A program made the translations under genes and the position numbers. The notes beneath the pieces were generated by a model. It was given only the letters and a program-made list of their open reading frames with translations, was not told the origin of the DNA and ran no database searches. A DNA stretch of 63,977 nucleotides, the filler included. It is 6 parts of 6 records of this genome, joined end to end, with 100 filler letters (N's around TTAATTAATTAA, not from the genome) between each part and the next. Parts side by side here need not be neighbours in the genome. Positions count along the whole stretch, not along the records: positions 29,032 to 50,740 come from SRR31156797_8573; 5 more parts are not named here. One strand, given 5' to 3'. Numbering within the stretch: the first letter of the stretch is position 1; each line of letters starts with the position of its first letter. Positions 40,670-49,076 of this stretch are shown here, piece by piece.

Positions 40670-41097
40670 TCCAGTAATGACGTTGTCTCCACTTCGTTCT
40701 GGGCGTTCGGATCTTCCACGTCCAGTCGCGCCCGGGTACGGGCGGCCGGCGACATACACAACTCGTTTTCCAGGCGGGACATTTCCAGGCTCAGCTCTTT
40801 CAGCTCGCGGACCAGGGGGTGCTGTTTGATCAGCCCGTTTTCCGCTTCGTAGTAGACTTCCACGCACCCCATCATCAGCTTGGCCTCTTTGTAGCGAACA
40901 GCCGCGCGGCAGTACCTGGACAATGCCAGGGAATCGATGTCAATCAGGTTCGCCTCCAGCTGGCGGCCGATTTTCCGGAACAGCTTTTTTCCATCAGCGC
41001 ACAACCAGGTGGCGGCTTTCGGTTTGGTCTTTTGAATGACCTTCCCGCCGCTATCGGTCTTCGCCTTATCGCCTGGTTGTGGTCCTCTGGATCCCAT
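40666..41097 (-). CDS. Terminase small subunit (P27 family)
   Basis: MGSRGP..WL..LSRYC..KQHPLV..LCMSPAARTR. Confidence 0.88.
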   Translation of the reverse strand: MGSRGPQPGDKAKTDSGGKVIQKTKPKAATWLCADGKKLFRKIGRQLEANLIDIDSLALSRYCRAAVRYKEAKLMMGCVEVYYEAENGLIKQHPLVRELKELSLEMSRLENELCMSPAARTRARLDVEDPNAQNEVETTSLLD

Positions 41098-41142
41098 GTT
41101 TCACGCGGTCCAAAAAAAGTTTTGAAACCTGTAAGTTTGTTT

Positions 41143-41538
41143 TTAGAGGGGGGCGTCGGTCTTAGTATTTTCCGTTTTCCAGGTTTTCAACCCCCCCTGG
41201 GGCTCTAATCGCCCTTTTCGCGTTCCAGTCTCATGGCTATGACATGCCTTACAGAGTGCCTTCAGGTTGCCCCGATCAAGTGGATCACACTGCGGAATCG
41301 GTACGATATGATGCACTTCTGTGGCCGGATTGATGCCGCATTCTTCACAAATCGGATGATCCATCAGCACAATCTCCCGCAGCTGCCGCCACTCTTTCGA
41401 GTTGTAAACCTGCCGGGCCAGGTCGCGGTGGTGTACCCGTCGGCGTTCGGCGGGCTTGTGCATCGGGCAGTAGCCACCGCCGGCGACCAGGGCCGGACAA
41501 CCAGGGTGATTGCATCCGTATTTCGGCAGGTCATTCAT
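41143..41538 (-). CDS. Packaging-associated HNH endonuclease
   Basis: CNHPGC, YNSKEWRQLR, CEEC..EVHHIVP..NLKALCKACH. Confidence 0.9.
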   Translation of the reverse strand: MNDLPKYGCNHPGCPALVAGGGYCPMHKPAERRRVHHRDLARQVYNSKEWRQLREIVLMDHPICEECGINPATEVHHIVPIPQCDPLDRGNLKALCKACHSHETGTRKGRLEPQGGLKTWKTENTKTDAPL

Positions 41539-42107
41539 AACCAGGTCCTAAATGGGGCCAGTAGTCGATCAATTGTTTCTATGCGGCTGACAATCGTTCC
41601 TGTGATCGTTGACTGTCTGTGTTCAAACAGGTCAGCAACGATCAGCTTCACCGCATGAACCAGGGGCGCCGGCACGTCCGATGCCGCAGTGCCATGACCG
41701 CAGGTGAACACGATCTCCCAGTGTTCGTCGTCGTCGTAGGTCACGTCCTCGGATCCGGATTCAATCAATACATTGTTCCGCAACGCGTTGAATGTCCCGT
41801 CCACCAGCAGCTGCGAAACATCCGAACCGGCGATCCTTTTAGCTACCGATGTTACGTCGATCAGTGGGCTGAACAGGATCGGGTTTTCCCTGGTTAGAGT
41901 CGGCTGGATCTGTGTTCGAGTGGCGGTGATCAGCTGGATCCCCAGCTCGTCCTGGACGTGTCGCGTTGCAACGTCAACCAGGGTTTCCACATAGTCCTGG
42001 TGATCGGTCCCGTCCAGGTAAAGATGGCCCTGCATGTCCGCATACGACACCACCGGCGTGGCCGGCGGTGTCGTGTATTCGGTGTACGGTGTCCACGTGT
42101 CACTCAT
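41535..42107 (-). CDS. Head-tail connector protein (gp6/gp15-like)
   Basis: PPATPVVS..HLYLD..LITAT..FTCGHG..VPAPLVHAVKLIVADLFEHR..RLLAPFR. Confidence 0.85.
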   Translation of the reverse strand: MSDTWTPYTEYTTPPATPVVSYADMQGHLYLDGTDHQDYVETLVDVATRHVQDELGIQLITATRTQIQPTLTRENPILFSPLIDVTSVAKRIAGSDVSQLLVDGTFNALRNNVLIESGSEDVTYDDDEHWEIVFTCGHGTAASDVPAPLVHAVKLIVADLFEHRQSTITGTIVSRIETIDRLLAPFRTWL

Positions 42108-42148
42108 TGTCCCTGCCTCGCAAGAATGGACCGACCAGGCCGGAGCCT

Positions 42149-42541
42149 TTATGTCTCTGCAATGGTTGCTACCTCACCTGGTCGGCCAGGCTTTAAGATG
42201 TCGCGGGGCCGTCTCCAGCCCAGGAAGCTATTGCGATTGCTGCGACCGTGATCCACTGATAGGCCGCTCCTTCGGTCACATCGAACCCGAAGACTCCTAG
42301 GTACACCGCCACCAAGCCGGCGATCGCCAGGCGTACCGTTTTCAGCCGCAGGGGTGATACAATTTTTCGTAAGAAATCCATCCAGGACGTCCTCCATCAT
42401 TTCGGTGTCTGTCTGTGGCACTTCCTGATCAAGGCTTTTGGCGGGTGGATCCGCCGATTTGTGGTAATGGACGTGCAGACTGCAGCCGCTCGTCACGCAG
42501 ATCAGGATGCCGATCCAGTAGTAAACGTATCTGAGTTTCAA
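42149..42541 (-). CDS. Putative lipoprotein overlapping neighbouring ORFs
   Basis: MKLRYVYYWIGILICVTSG-C lipobox; TTG start. Confidence 0.45.
   Translation of the reverse strand: MKLRYVYYWIGILICVTSGCSLHVHYHKSADPPAKSLDQEVPQTDTEMMEDVLDGFLTKNCITPAAENGTPGDRRLGGGVPRSLRVRCDRRSGLSVDHGRSNRNSFLGWRRPRDILKPGRPGEVATIAET
42193..42381 (-). CDS. Holin-like two-TM protein
   Basis: Basic N-terminus, two hydrophobic segments; GGAGG upstream. Confidence 0.55.
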   Translation of the reverse strand: MDFLRKIVSPLRLKTVRLAIAGLVAVYLGVFGFDVTEGAAYQWITVAAIAIASWAGDGPATS

Positions 42542-42633
42542 AGAACGGTTTCCGTTGCTGGCCGTGTAGATCCCGCCGGCGCCGCAGTTCGGCCAGCCAG
42601 GCCCTGGGCGTCCAGCCGTCAGGGATCAACAGC

Positions 42634-42954
42634 TCAGCGGCCATTGGTGCCGGTGTCGTCCAGGGTCTCGATGAGGCGAAACAGGACGTCCTGGTCAACA
42701 TTCCGACCGTTGAAATCCAACGTCACGGCAGCATCGACACCTGGATTGATGAAAAACGATTGTTCCGCACCGATGGATCCAGGCCGGTTCTGAACCTGAA
42801 TGTGAGCGTCCGCCTGGGACGCCCCTGCAATCACGGCGAGGGACGCCAGATCCTGGGTTTCCATTTGATTAGGGTCAGAGGAACAACCGAACGGCGAGCA
42901 GGCCGGGTGCAGGAATGCCACGGCCAAAAACGGCAACACATAGAGTTTTCGCAT
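42634..42954 (-). CDS. Putative lipoprotein, first gene of the late operon
   Basis: MRKLYVLPFLAVAFLHPA-C signal. Confidence 0.55.
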   Translation of the reverse strand: MRKLYVLPFLAVAFLHPACSPFGCSSDPNQMETQDLASLAVIAGASQADAHIQVQNRPGSIGAEQSFFINPGVDAAVTLDFNGRNVDQDVLFRLIETLDDTGTNGR

Positions 42955-43413
42955 GGGGATGATTCCACATTACGGGCGTGCCCAACACGGTAGCATTGTA
43001 CCCGAAACGACGTCCAGACGATATGGGGTGGATCCTGTGTCCGATAAAATCAGGGAATGCATGAAATCAGCCCGGAAATGACAATTTTCTGTTGATTTTT
43101 ACTATTTTTGTGGCCGCTTTTCGCTCTTGAATTGGTTTAATAAAGGGGCGAAGTAGGGCTTACCGTTCGGGTATGGAAGCATGAAAAAATTGGATCCGAT
43201 GTGATGGCGCCAACCCAAAAGGGTTGGCCGGACGACAGTCCAGCGCCCGCAAGCCGCCAAGGAACTGCCGCCCAGCCGATTATGGAATCCCTGCGCTTAC
43301 AGGTTTCCTGGTCGGTATGGGCGGTCTTTCATGGGCCCTCAAATGGATGTATCGGGTAAAACAAATGCACAGATTAGAGAGTATTGGACTGAGCAGCGAG
43401 GAAATGGAGATTG

Positions 43414-43719
43414 TTATTCAGTTGATTCAGGATCCTGCCGGGCGGCAGATTCTTCGTCGATTAACTGCCGAAGTCGTTGAAGCAAATGCAGCGTATCAGC
43501 GTTCCGCCCAGCACCTATCCACACTTCGTCTAACGTCATTCCCAGGGCCTGGGAAATCTGGATCGCAGTGATGAGATTGGGATTGACTTTCGCGTCAGAC
43601 GATCGGAACCAGTTGGAGATGGTAGAGCGGGGAACACCGGACAATTCGGCCAGTTGTTCCTGGCCAACCTTGCGGAGATTCATCGCGCGTTTGAGATTTG
43701 CCTGAATATTCAACTCCAT
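43414..43719 (-). CDS. XRE-family HTH phage repressor
   Basis: QEQLAELSGVPRSTISNW..PNLITAIQISQALGMTLDEV. Confidence 0.85.
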   Translation of the reverse strand: MELNIQANLKRAMNLRKVGQEQLAELSGVPRSTISNWFRSSDAKVNPNLITAIQISQALGMTLDEVWIGAGRNADTLHLLQRLRQLIDEESAARQDPESTE

Positions 43720-43748
43720 AAGTCACCACACGTCCGCATCTTATGGAG

Positions 43749-43830
43749 TGTGTTATAAAAAACACAGAAAATTCCATATTCGACGCTTGAATTGTGTCAT
43801 TATTGGACTATATTCGCTACACATGACACA
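43749..43830 (+). promoter_or_regulatory. Immunity switch: rightward sigma70 promoter with operator-like repeats
   Basis: TTGAAT (43787-92) N16 TATATT (43809-14); TGTGTTAT (43749), TGTGTCAT (43793), inverted ATGACACA (43823). Confidence 0.55.
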
Positions 43831-44011
43831 GAAACCGAACAATTTTCGAGTTCAGAACGTTCCGGAAGATGACCTGGCAATTGTCATGAAGGCAGCACGT
43901 CGGCGTGGTCACAGGTTCGCTGCGGCATCCGCAGCCCGGTACGCAATCATCGAACTCGCAGATCAACTCCGGCGGGACCAGAAGGAACCGCAAGAGAATG
44001 CCGAGTCGTAG
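43823..44011 (+). CDS. Small Arc/Mnt-like ribbon-helix-helix regulator in the Cro position
   Basis: NFRVQNVPEDDLAIVMKAARRRG..AARYAIIELA strand-helix-helix pattern; divergent from the repressor. Confidence 0.55.
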   Translation: MTQKPNNFRVQNVPEDDLAIVMKAARRRGHRFAAASAARYAIIELADQLRRDQKEPQENAES

Positions 44012-44049
44012 GGTATGATTGGACAGAAGCCACACACTCGACAGTAAGT

Positions 44050-44256
44050 CCGGCTGGCCGGCCGGGCGCCCCTCCGGGGGCTAATCCATTTAACGCTCAA
44101 GTGTAAGCCATGCAGGCATGGCGGCCGACCGCGTCCGTTACGCAGTCGGTCTGCGCTGATTTTCTACGCATACACAGGGCGAAGCATGAACGACCATCAC
44201 AATACACTTGAGCGGGCGGGTCAGACCCGCCGCCCTGGTCCCGGCCGGCCAGCCGG
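44050..44256 (+). ncRNA. Candidate structured RNA (multibranch with pseudoknot)
   Basis: 17-bp and 12-bp perfect nested helices, five internal hairpins, C(UCCG)G tetraloop, 7-bp cross-pairing. Confidence 0.6.
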
Positions 44257-44831
44257 GGCCTCTTTTGCCAGCAACAGCGCTACCGGCGCTTCTTTCCCTC
44301 CGGTCCCGTCGTCGTCCGGATTAGATTCGGCGGCGACGGGATCCTTTCGATCGTGCCCAGGCTGGCCTCGTCATTGTGCATTGTGCATGGACTCGCTTAA
44401 GTGCCACTTCGTGGCCCATACACAAAACTACCTTCCCGGCGGCGGGGTTACCTCCGGCCCTGAACTACAAGCCCCGCCGCCTCCTCCTGAAAAACAACCA
44501 CCAGCGGGAAGTCGTCCGGATGTTCCGGGCGCCGTACTCCAGTGCCCACCACACACAGAGCCCGCTGGTGGTTTCGATTCTTCCGCGGTTGGAAGTCCGG
44601 ACGGTCCGGGCGCCTTTTCCACTGTATCCGATTCCCTTTCTCTGTGGGATCCAACGCCGACCGCGGACAACCATCAATCCCCATCGGTTTACCTCCAGGA
44701 TGGGGTTCGCGTTAAAGGCGGCCAGGGAACCAGCGGAAAAGCCCTGTACGACATGGGCATACTGTGGGTATTCATCCTCCTCCTGGCCGCCTTGCTTGTT
44801 TTCATTGTCACCGTATTCGGGAGAACCCCTA

Positions 44832-45221
44832 ATGCCTGAGATTCCAGGTCACTTGAAAACCTTGTCCTTGGCGAATCTTCGCCTGGTGGACAACGGGAAA
44901 ATCGAGATCACGTTCAATATGCTCCTGCGGACCATCCTGCAGGACATTACCGACCGCCCCAGGGAAAAAGCCAAACGAACCCTGACATTGACGGTCGAAG
45001 CAGTGCCAGTGATTGACCCAGAAAGCGGCGAACTGTTGAACACTGCAATCCAGTTTCTACTGACCCCAAAGGTTCCGAAAAAGAAAACCCAGGACTACCT
45101 GATGGCACCCATGTCGGACAACGTCGTCGCGTTCAGTCCTATGTCCCCAGAGGATCCCCGCCAGGGGGATTTCAGTCACAAGTTTGAACAATCGGCCGAT
45201 GGACCGGTCGAAGAAAGGTAG
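44832..45221 (+). CDS. Phage early protein (YfdP-like partner of the downstream gene)
   Basis: ILQDITDRP..KRTLTLTVEAVP pattern; paired with a 295-aa gene. Confidence 0.55.
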   Translation: MPEIPGHLKTLSLANLRLVDNGKIEITFNMLLRTILQDITDRPREKAKRTLTLTVEAVPVIDPESGELLNTAIQFLLTPKVPKKKTQDYLMAPMSDNVVAFSPMSPEDPRQGDFSHKFEQSADGPVEER

Positions 45222-45227
45222 GCACGA

Positions 45228-46115
45228 ATGGACCTCACAAAAGAGGCAATCAGTCACATCCAGAACACCACCCAGGATCGTTCCGAACTACTGATCTTTC
45301 CGGGTGAACCGAAAAACATGTTGCGAGTTCGTCGGGGAGACACCCTGGAAAAGGTGGAACTGCCCAATCCGCCCGAAGATCACGCCTTGGATCGCCTGGT
45401 GGATCTGGTTTCCCTGGCGAAATCCTGGAACGAACTCGAACGGGTAATCCAGATCTTCTGCAACCCCGACCGGATCGTCATGGTTGGCTACGAAACAAAT
45501 GGCCCCGAAAAGGAAGTCTCCAACACCGATCGTCCACACCTGGCAACCCTGTTGCTTCGACCATCGTCCGAGTTTGTTTTCTTCAGACAACGATTCACGA
45601 AACCCATGATAGCCATGCAGGAACTGCGGGAAGCCATGCAAACCTGCATAGCCAAGTGTCCGGCTGATTCAAAACTGCTGGGGATGATTTCGCATCTGCA
45701 GCGAGTGGAAAACAAGAGCCTCAATGTTCAGGTCGATAACGGCAAGGAATCCCTGGGACTGTCGGTCACCGATGAAGTGCGAAGTGGCCAGGAACAGCCC
45801 GACGAACTCCAGGTCTTCAATGTCCTGCGGTGGGCCAACGCAGATATTCCGATTCGCCATTCGATCGAGTGTCTTCTGTGTGCCGACATTACCGACGGCC
45901 CCCAGTGGTATCTCTATCCCTATGAATGGTCCCTGGAGGCGTTCGAGAAACGCGCGTTGGATCACGTATTCGAACACCTGGTCGGCCAACTTGACGATGT
46001 CGATGACGTGGAACTGTTCCGCGGTCGCTGGGGGGAACAGGCCACCTGGAACATGAACGATTTCGGTTCGGTCGAGAAAATCAACGCCATCACCAACCCC
46101 CGAACCCATGAGTAG
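45228..46115 (+). CDS. Phage early protein (YfdQ/DUF2303-like by position and size)
   Basis: MDLTKEAISHIQ start with AGGTAGG RBS; follows the YfdP-like gene. Confidence 0.5.
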   Translation: MDLTKEAISHIQNTTQDRSELLIFPGEPKNMLRVRRGDTLEKVELPNPPEDHALDRLVDLVSLAKSWNELERVIQIFCNPDRIVMVGYETNGPEKEVSNTDRPHLATLLLRPSSEFVFFRQRFTKPMIAMQELREAMQTCIAKCPADSKLLGMISHLQRVENKSLNVQVDNGKESLGLSVTDEVRSGQEQPDELQVFNVLRWANADIPIRHSIECLLCADITDGPQWYLYPYEWSLEAFEKRALDHVFEHLVGQLDDVDDVELFRGRWGEQATWNMNDFGSVEKINAITNPRTHE

Positions 46116-46506
46116 ATTTTTTATTCTTCACAAGTGCGGCCCGGCCTGCCCGGATCACATGATCCTGGTCAGCGGACGGATCCGATGCCGGGCCGCCGAT
46201 CTTTTACTGGAGGACGAGGACCAGGTCCAGCAGTTCCCGACGTTCTGTCCGCGGGGCAAGTCGTGCCAGGTGTTTGAAATCGTCGATCACCTGGTCCGAC
46301 TCGTTGAGGACCATCAGCCGGCCCAGGATCCCTACCAGGCAGCTGCCCATCGGCGAGCCCTGGCGGAATGCCGGCAGGCCCTGTCTGACCTCCTGAACCC
46401 CAATCCCGAAAGGGTTGAACATGAAACGAAACCAACTGTCCAACATCCAGTTTCACCACCTGGCGAACTGGATCAAAAAGAACAAGTCCAGGCTGATCAC
46501 CAGTGA
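46108..46506 (+). CDS. Cys-containing hypothetical phage protein
   Basis: Overlapping start; CGPACPDH..C..FCP. Confidence 0.5.
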   Translation: MSRFFILHKCGPACPDHMILVSGRIRCRAADLLLEDEDQVQQFPTFCPRGKSCQVFEIVDHLVRLVEDHQPAQDPYQAAAHRRALAECRQALSDLLNPNPERVEHETKPTVQHPVSPPGELDQKEQVQADHQ

Positions 46507-46771
46507 ACTGTCAAAGGCTGACATAGCCGAGGAAGCATCGACCGAACTGCAGTTTCCGGTCACCCAGCACAACCTCCGGGACGCCCTGGACCTGGCCGGG
46601 ATCCAGATGCCAGGTCGAAAAAAGCCGACAGAATCCAACGTCCTGCTCACGAAAGCGATGGTCCATGCCATCCTGACCCTGGCGAATCAGCAACACATCG
46701 TCGAATCGGCGGACCCGTACAAGGTCCTCCGGCAGTTCTGCAACGATCACCAGATGGTAATGGAGTTTTGA
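46421..46771 (+). CDS. Hypothetical phage protein, possibly DNA-binding
   Basis: SKADIAEEASTELQFPVTQHNLR; ends 3 nt before the replication gene. Confidence 0.55.
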   Translation: MKRNQLSNIQFHHLANWIKKNKSRLITSELSKADIAEEASTELQFPVTQHNLRDALDLAGIQMPGRKKPTESNVLLTKAMVHAILTLANQQHIVESADPYKVLRQFCNDHQMVMEF

Positions 46772-46774
46772 GAC

Positions 46775-47827
46775 ATGGCTGGAGACTGGTTCCCAGTGCG
46801 GACGGATCTGCTCTCGGATCCGGCGGTCTTTTCTATTGCCGGAATGACGGGACTGTCCAATTTCGACGTCGTCGGTCGCCTAGTGGCGATCTGGGCCTGG
46901 GCGTCGCATCACACCACGGACGGCGTGATCAACGTCCCCCCCGCTTGCCTGGAACGGATTGCGGATCACCCAGGCTTTGCAGACGCCATGTGCCAGGTGC
47001 AATGGCTGGAGACAGAGGACCAGGCGATCCGGTTCCCGAAGTGGAATGACTGGAACAGCCGGTCGGCCAAGAAACGGCTTATGAACTCGAAGCGAAAAGC
47101 GACCAGCCGCGCATCGGACGAGACAGATGGAGGACAAAAGCGCGACACAAGCGCGACCGATGTCCCCGAACCGTCACGCAGTGCGGGGGAAAAAAGCGTC
47201 GTCACAGAACACATAACACATTTACAGAACACACCAACCACCACCGTGTCTATAGATCCTAGTGTATCTGGGGGTGGGGGTGGTGAAGTTTCACAGGAAA
47301 CAAAACCGGATCCGGTCCGGTCGGCCCTGCAGGACGCGGGTATCGGATCCGCGTCCGTCGTGAACCGACTTTGTGCAGACTCTGCGATCACCGCGCCAAT
47401 CGTGAAGCAGGTGGCCGACCAGGTCCGGGCCGGCGGCGGTGGCCCCGGTGCCATCGTTAAAGCCCTGGAGAATCCAGAATCCCGTCAGACCTACCTGAAC
47501 ACCGCAGAGCGGGCCGGGCAACCCGACCGGGACAAACAGGCCCGCGACGCGGCCAGTGCTGCCTATCGGGCTGAGATGGATTCCTGGAAGAAAAACAAAG
47601 CAGCTGACATGGATCGGTTTCGCAAGCGGTGGGAAACCGTTCGACCGGAAGCGCGGGACCTGGTCCTGGCGGCCGCTGAAATCACATACACCCGAACCGC
47701 TCCGCCCAGCTTTCCCTGGCGGCCGGTGGATCCCGACGCGGATCCGGCAACCTGGCCGGCCTTCAGCCGGACGGCGATACGCGATGTCCTGGACCGGCGT
47801 GACCAGGCAAAGGAACCCGAACCATGA
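46775..47827 (+). CDS. Phage replication initiator/replisome organiser
   Basis: MAGDWFPVRTDLLSDPAV..VVGRLVAIWAWA..GFADAM..WL..FPKW, then a low-complexity linker. Confidence 0.75.
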   Translation: MAGDWFPVRTDLLSDPAVFSIAGMTGLSNFDVVGRLVAIWAWASHHTTDGVINVPPACLERIADHPGFADAMCQVQWLETEDQAIRFPKWNDWNSRSAKKRLMNSKRKATSRASDETDGGQKRDTSATDVPEPSRSAGEKSVVTEHITHLQNTPTTTVSIDPSVSGGGGGEVSQETKPDPVRSALQDAGIGSASVVNRLCADSAITAPIVKQVADQVRAGGGGPGAIVKALENPESRQTYLNTAERAGQPDRDKQARDAASAAYRAEMDSWKKNKAADMDRFRKRWETVRPEARDLVLAAAEITYTRTAPPSFPWRPVDPDADPATWPAFSRTAIRDVLDRRDQAKEPEP

Positions 47828-48069
47828 GAAGACACCGAGGACGATACCGACCACCCCGGCGAAAGCCGCGGGTTGATGAGGACCTGCAGCGCGGATTACA
47901 GCCCAGGATCGATGGGGACCAGCTCGTTGAATACTGCTCCGTCTGCCTGCACTACGACCAGATCGATGAGAAAACCGGCCATTGCCGCCATCCGTTCAGT
48001 GGCGGCGTGGTGGAACACTGGCGGATCGGACGATCGTGTCCTCTGCCCCTGGCTCCGAAGAAAGGATGA
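47824..48069 (+). CDS. Small Cys-rich phage protein
   Basis: ATGA overlap; CSVCLHY..HC..CPL. Confidence 0.55.
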   Translation: MRRHRGRYRPPRRKPRVDEDLQRGLQPRIDGDQLVEYCSVCLHYDQIDEKTGHCRHPFSGGVVEHWRIGRSCPLPLAPKKG

Positions 48070-48389
48070 ACATGAACCAACCCGACACCCGCTTTTTCGC
48101 GTGCCGCCTGGCTCCGCCGAAATCCAGCTCGACCCAGGCGTTTACCGTCCCCCATCCGAAGATGGCCGCCCGGCAGTACATCGATGCCGTGTTCGGCAGC
48201 TCCTGGCCGCGAACCCCGCACCTGGACGTCGAAGTCCGGGAAGTGGATCCCCATGACGCCCCGATGTCCGTGGGGGAACCGTCGTTTTTCCGGTGCCAGA
48301 TGAAACGGGGGATCCTGGAATGCTGGCCGATTGAAGCGGATGGCAGGCCCATTCCGCCGGAAAATCGAACCGTAACCATGGGATGGTAA
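48066..48389 (+). CDS. Hypothetical phage protein
   Basis: ATGA overlap with the upstream gene; AAAGGA RBS. Confidence 0.55.
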   Translation: MNMNQPDTRFFACRLAPPKSSSTQAFTVPHPKMAARQYIDAVFGSSWPRTPHLDVEVREVDPHDAPMSVGEPSFFRCQMKRGILECWPIEADGRPIPPENRTVTMGW

Positions 48390-48423
48390 CCGCCACACCG
48401 TGGCACAAGGAAAGGAAGAAAAC

Positions 48424-48696
48424 ATGACCGAGCCTCTCGAAGTTTTTTACTGCCAGAAACAAGAAGACAAGGACGGGCACATCGAGGATGCGTTCTATTG
48501 GATGCGAGTGGAAGCCCCAAACGCGGCGACGGCAGCGGAGCATTTCGCAGAGAACTGGTATGCATGGAACGGGCAGGAAGACCCCGCCAGTGTTTCGGTG
48601 ATCACGGAAGACCGGACAGGATGCGTGAAGCACTGGACCATTGATATTGTACATGATCTTTATTTTTACGCAGAGCAAAAGGATCCACCGAAATGA
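48424..48696 (+). CDS. Hypothetical phage protein
   Basis: AAGGAAG RBS; acidic 90 aa. Confidence 0.6.
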   Translation: MTEPLEVFYCQKQEDKDGHIEDAFYWMRVEAPNAATAAEHFAENWYAWNGQEDPASVSVITEDRTGCVKHWTIDIVHDLYFYAEQKDPPK

Positions 48697-48953
48697 CCCC
48701 CGACCCCCCTGCAAAACAAGGCCCCCTGTTCAGCCGGAAGGAGGCGATTTTCTACCTGGGCCTGCAGGATCGCAAGCGGCCGGACCAGGTGTTGACCCGG
48801 CTGATGGCCTCCGGGCAGCTGGCCTGGGTCCAGGTGACGGGGGATCCGCGTGGCGATCGACGCGGGATCCGGGCGTTTCACCGGGAGGACCTGGACGCAT
48901 ACATCGAGTCCCGCCGGCAAAAACTTCTTGACCCGCCGTGGGTGAAGTCCTAG
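48693..48953 (+). CDS. Excisionase/MerR-type HTH protein
   Basis: LFSRKEAIFYLG..SGQL..FHREDLDAYIE; upstream of the integrase. Confidence 0.75.
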   Translation: MTPDPPAKQGPLFSRKEAIFYLGLQDRKRPDQVLTRLMASGQLAWVQVTGDPRGDRRGIRAFHREDLDAYIESRRQKLLDPPWVKS

Positions 48954-49076
48954 TCTGTCCATCGGTGACAGTTCAATTCCGAAGGGATTAAAAACAAGAT
49001 TCTGGGCCCCCGGTCGGCGAAGTCTTCTGGACTGTCACCAACGCTGACCGGGTGGTCCTATTGGAAAGGGCTGAAC

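Noticed and set aside
44150-44185. Hammerhead ribozyme core (CTGAT..GAAG)
   Set aside because: Lacks the CUGANGA and GAAA consensus in the required stem context
44186-44839. 217-aa ORF as a conventional protein
   Set aside because: Pro/Ser/Gly-rich translation of GC hairpins; only the hydrophobic end looks coding, though translation from 44186 is not excluded
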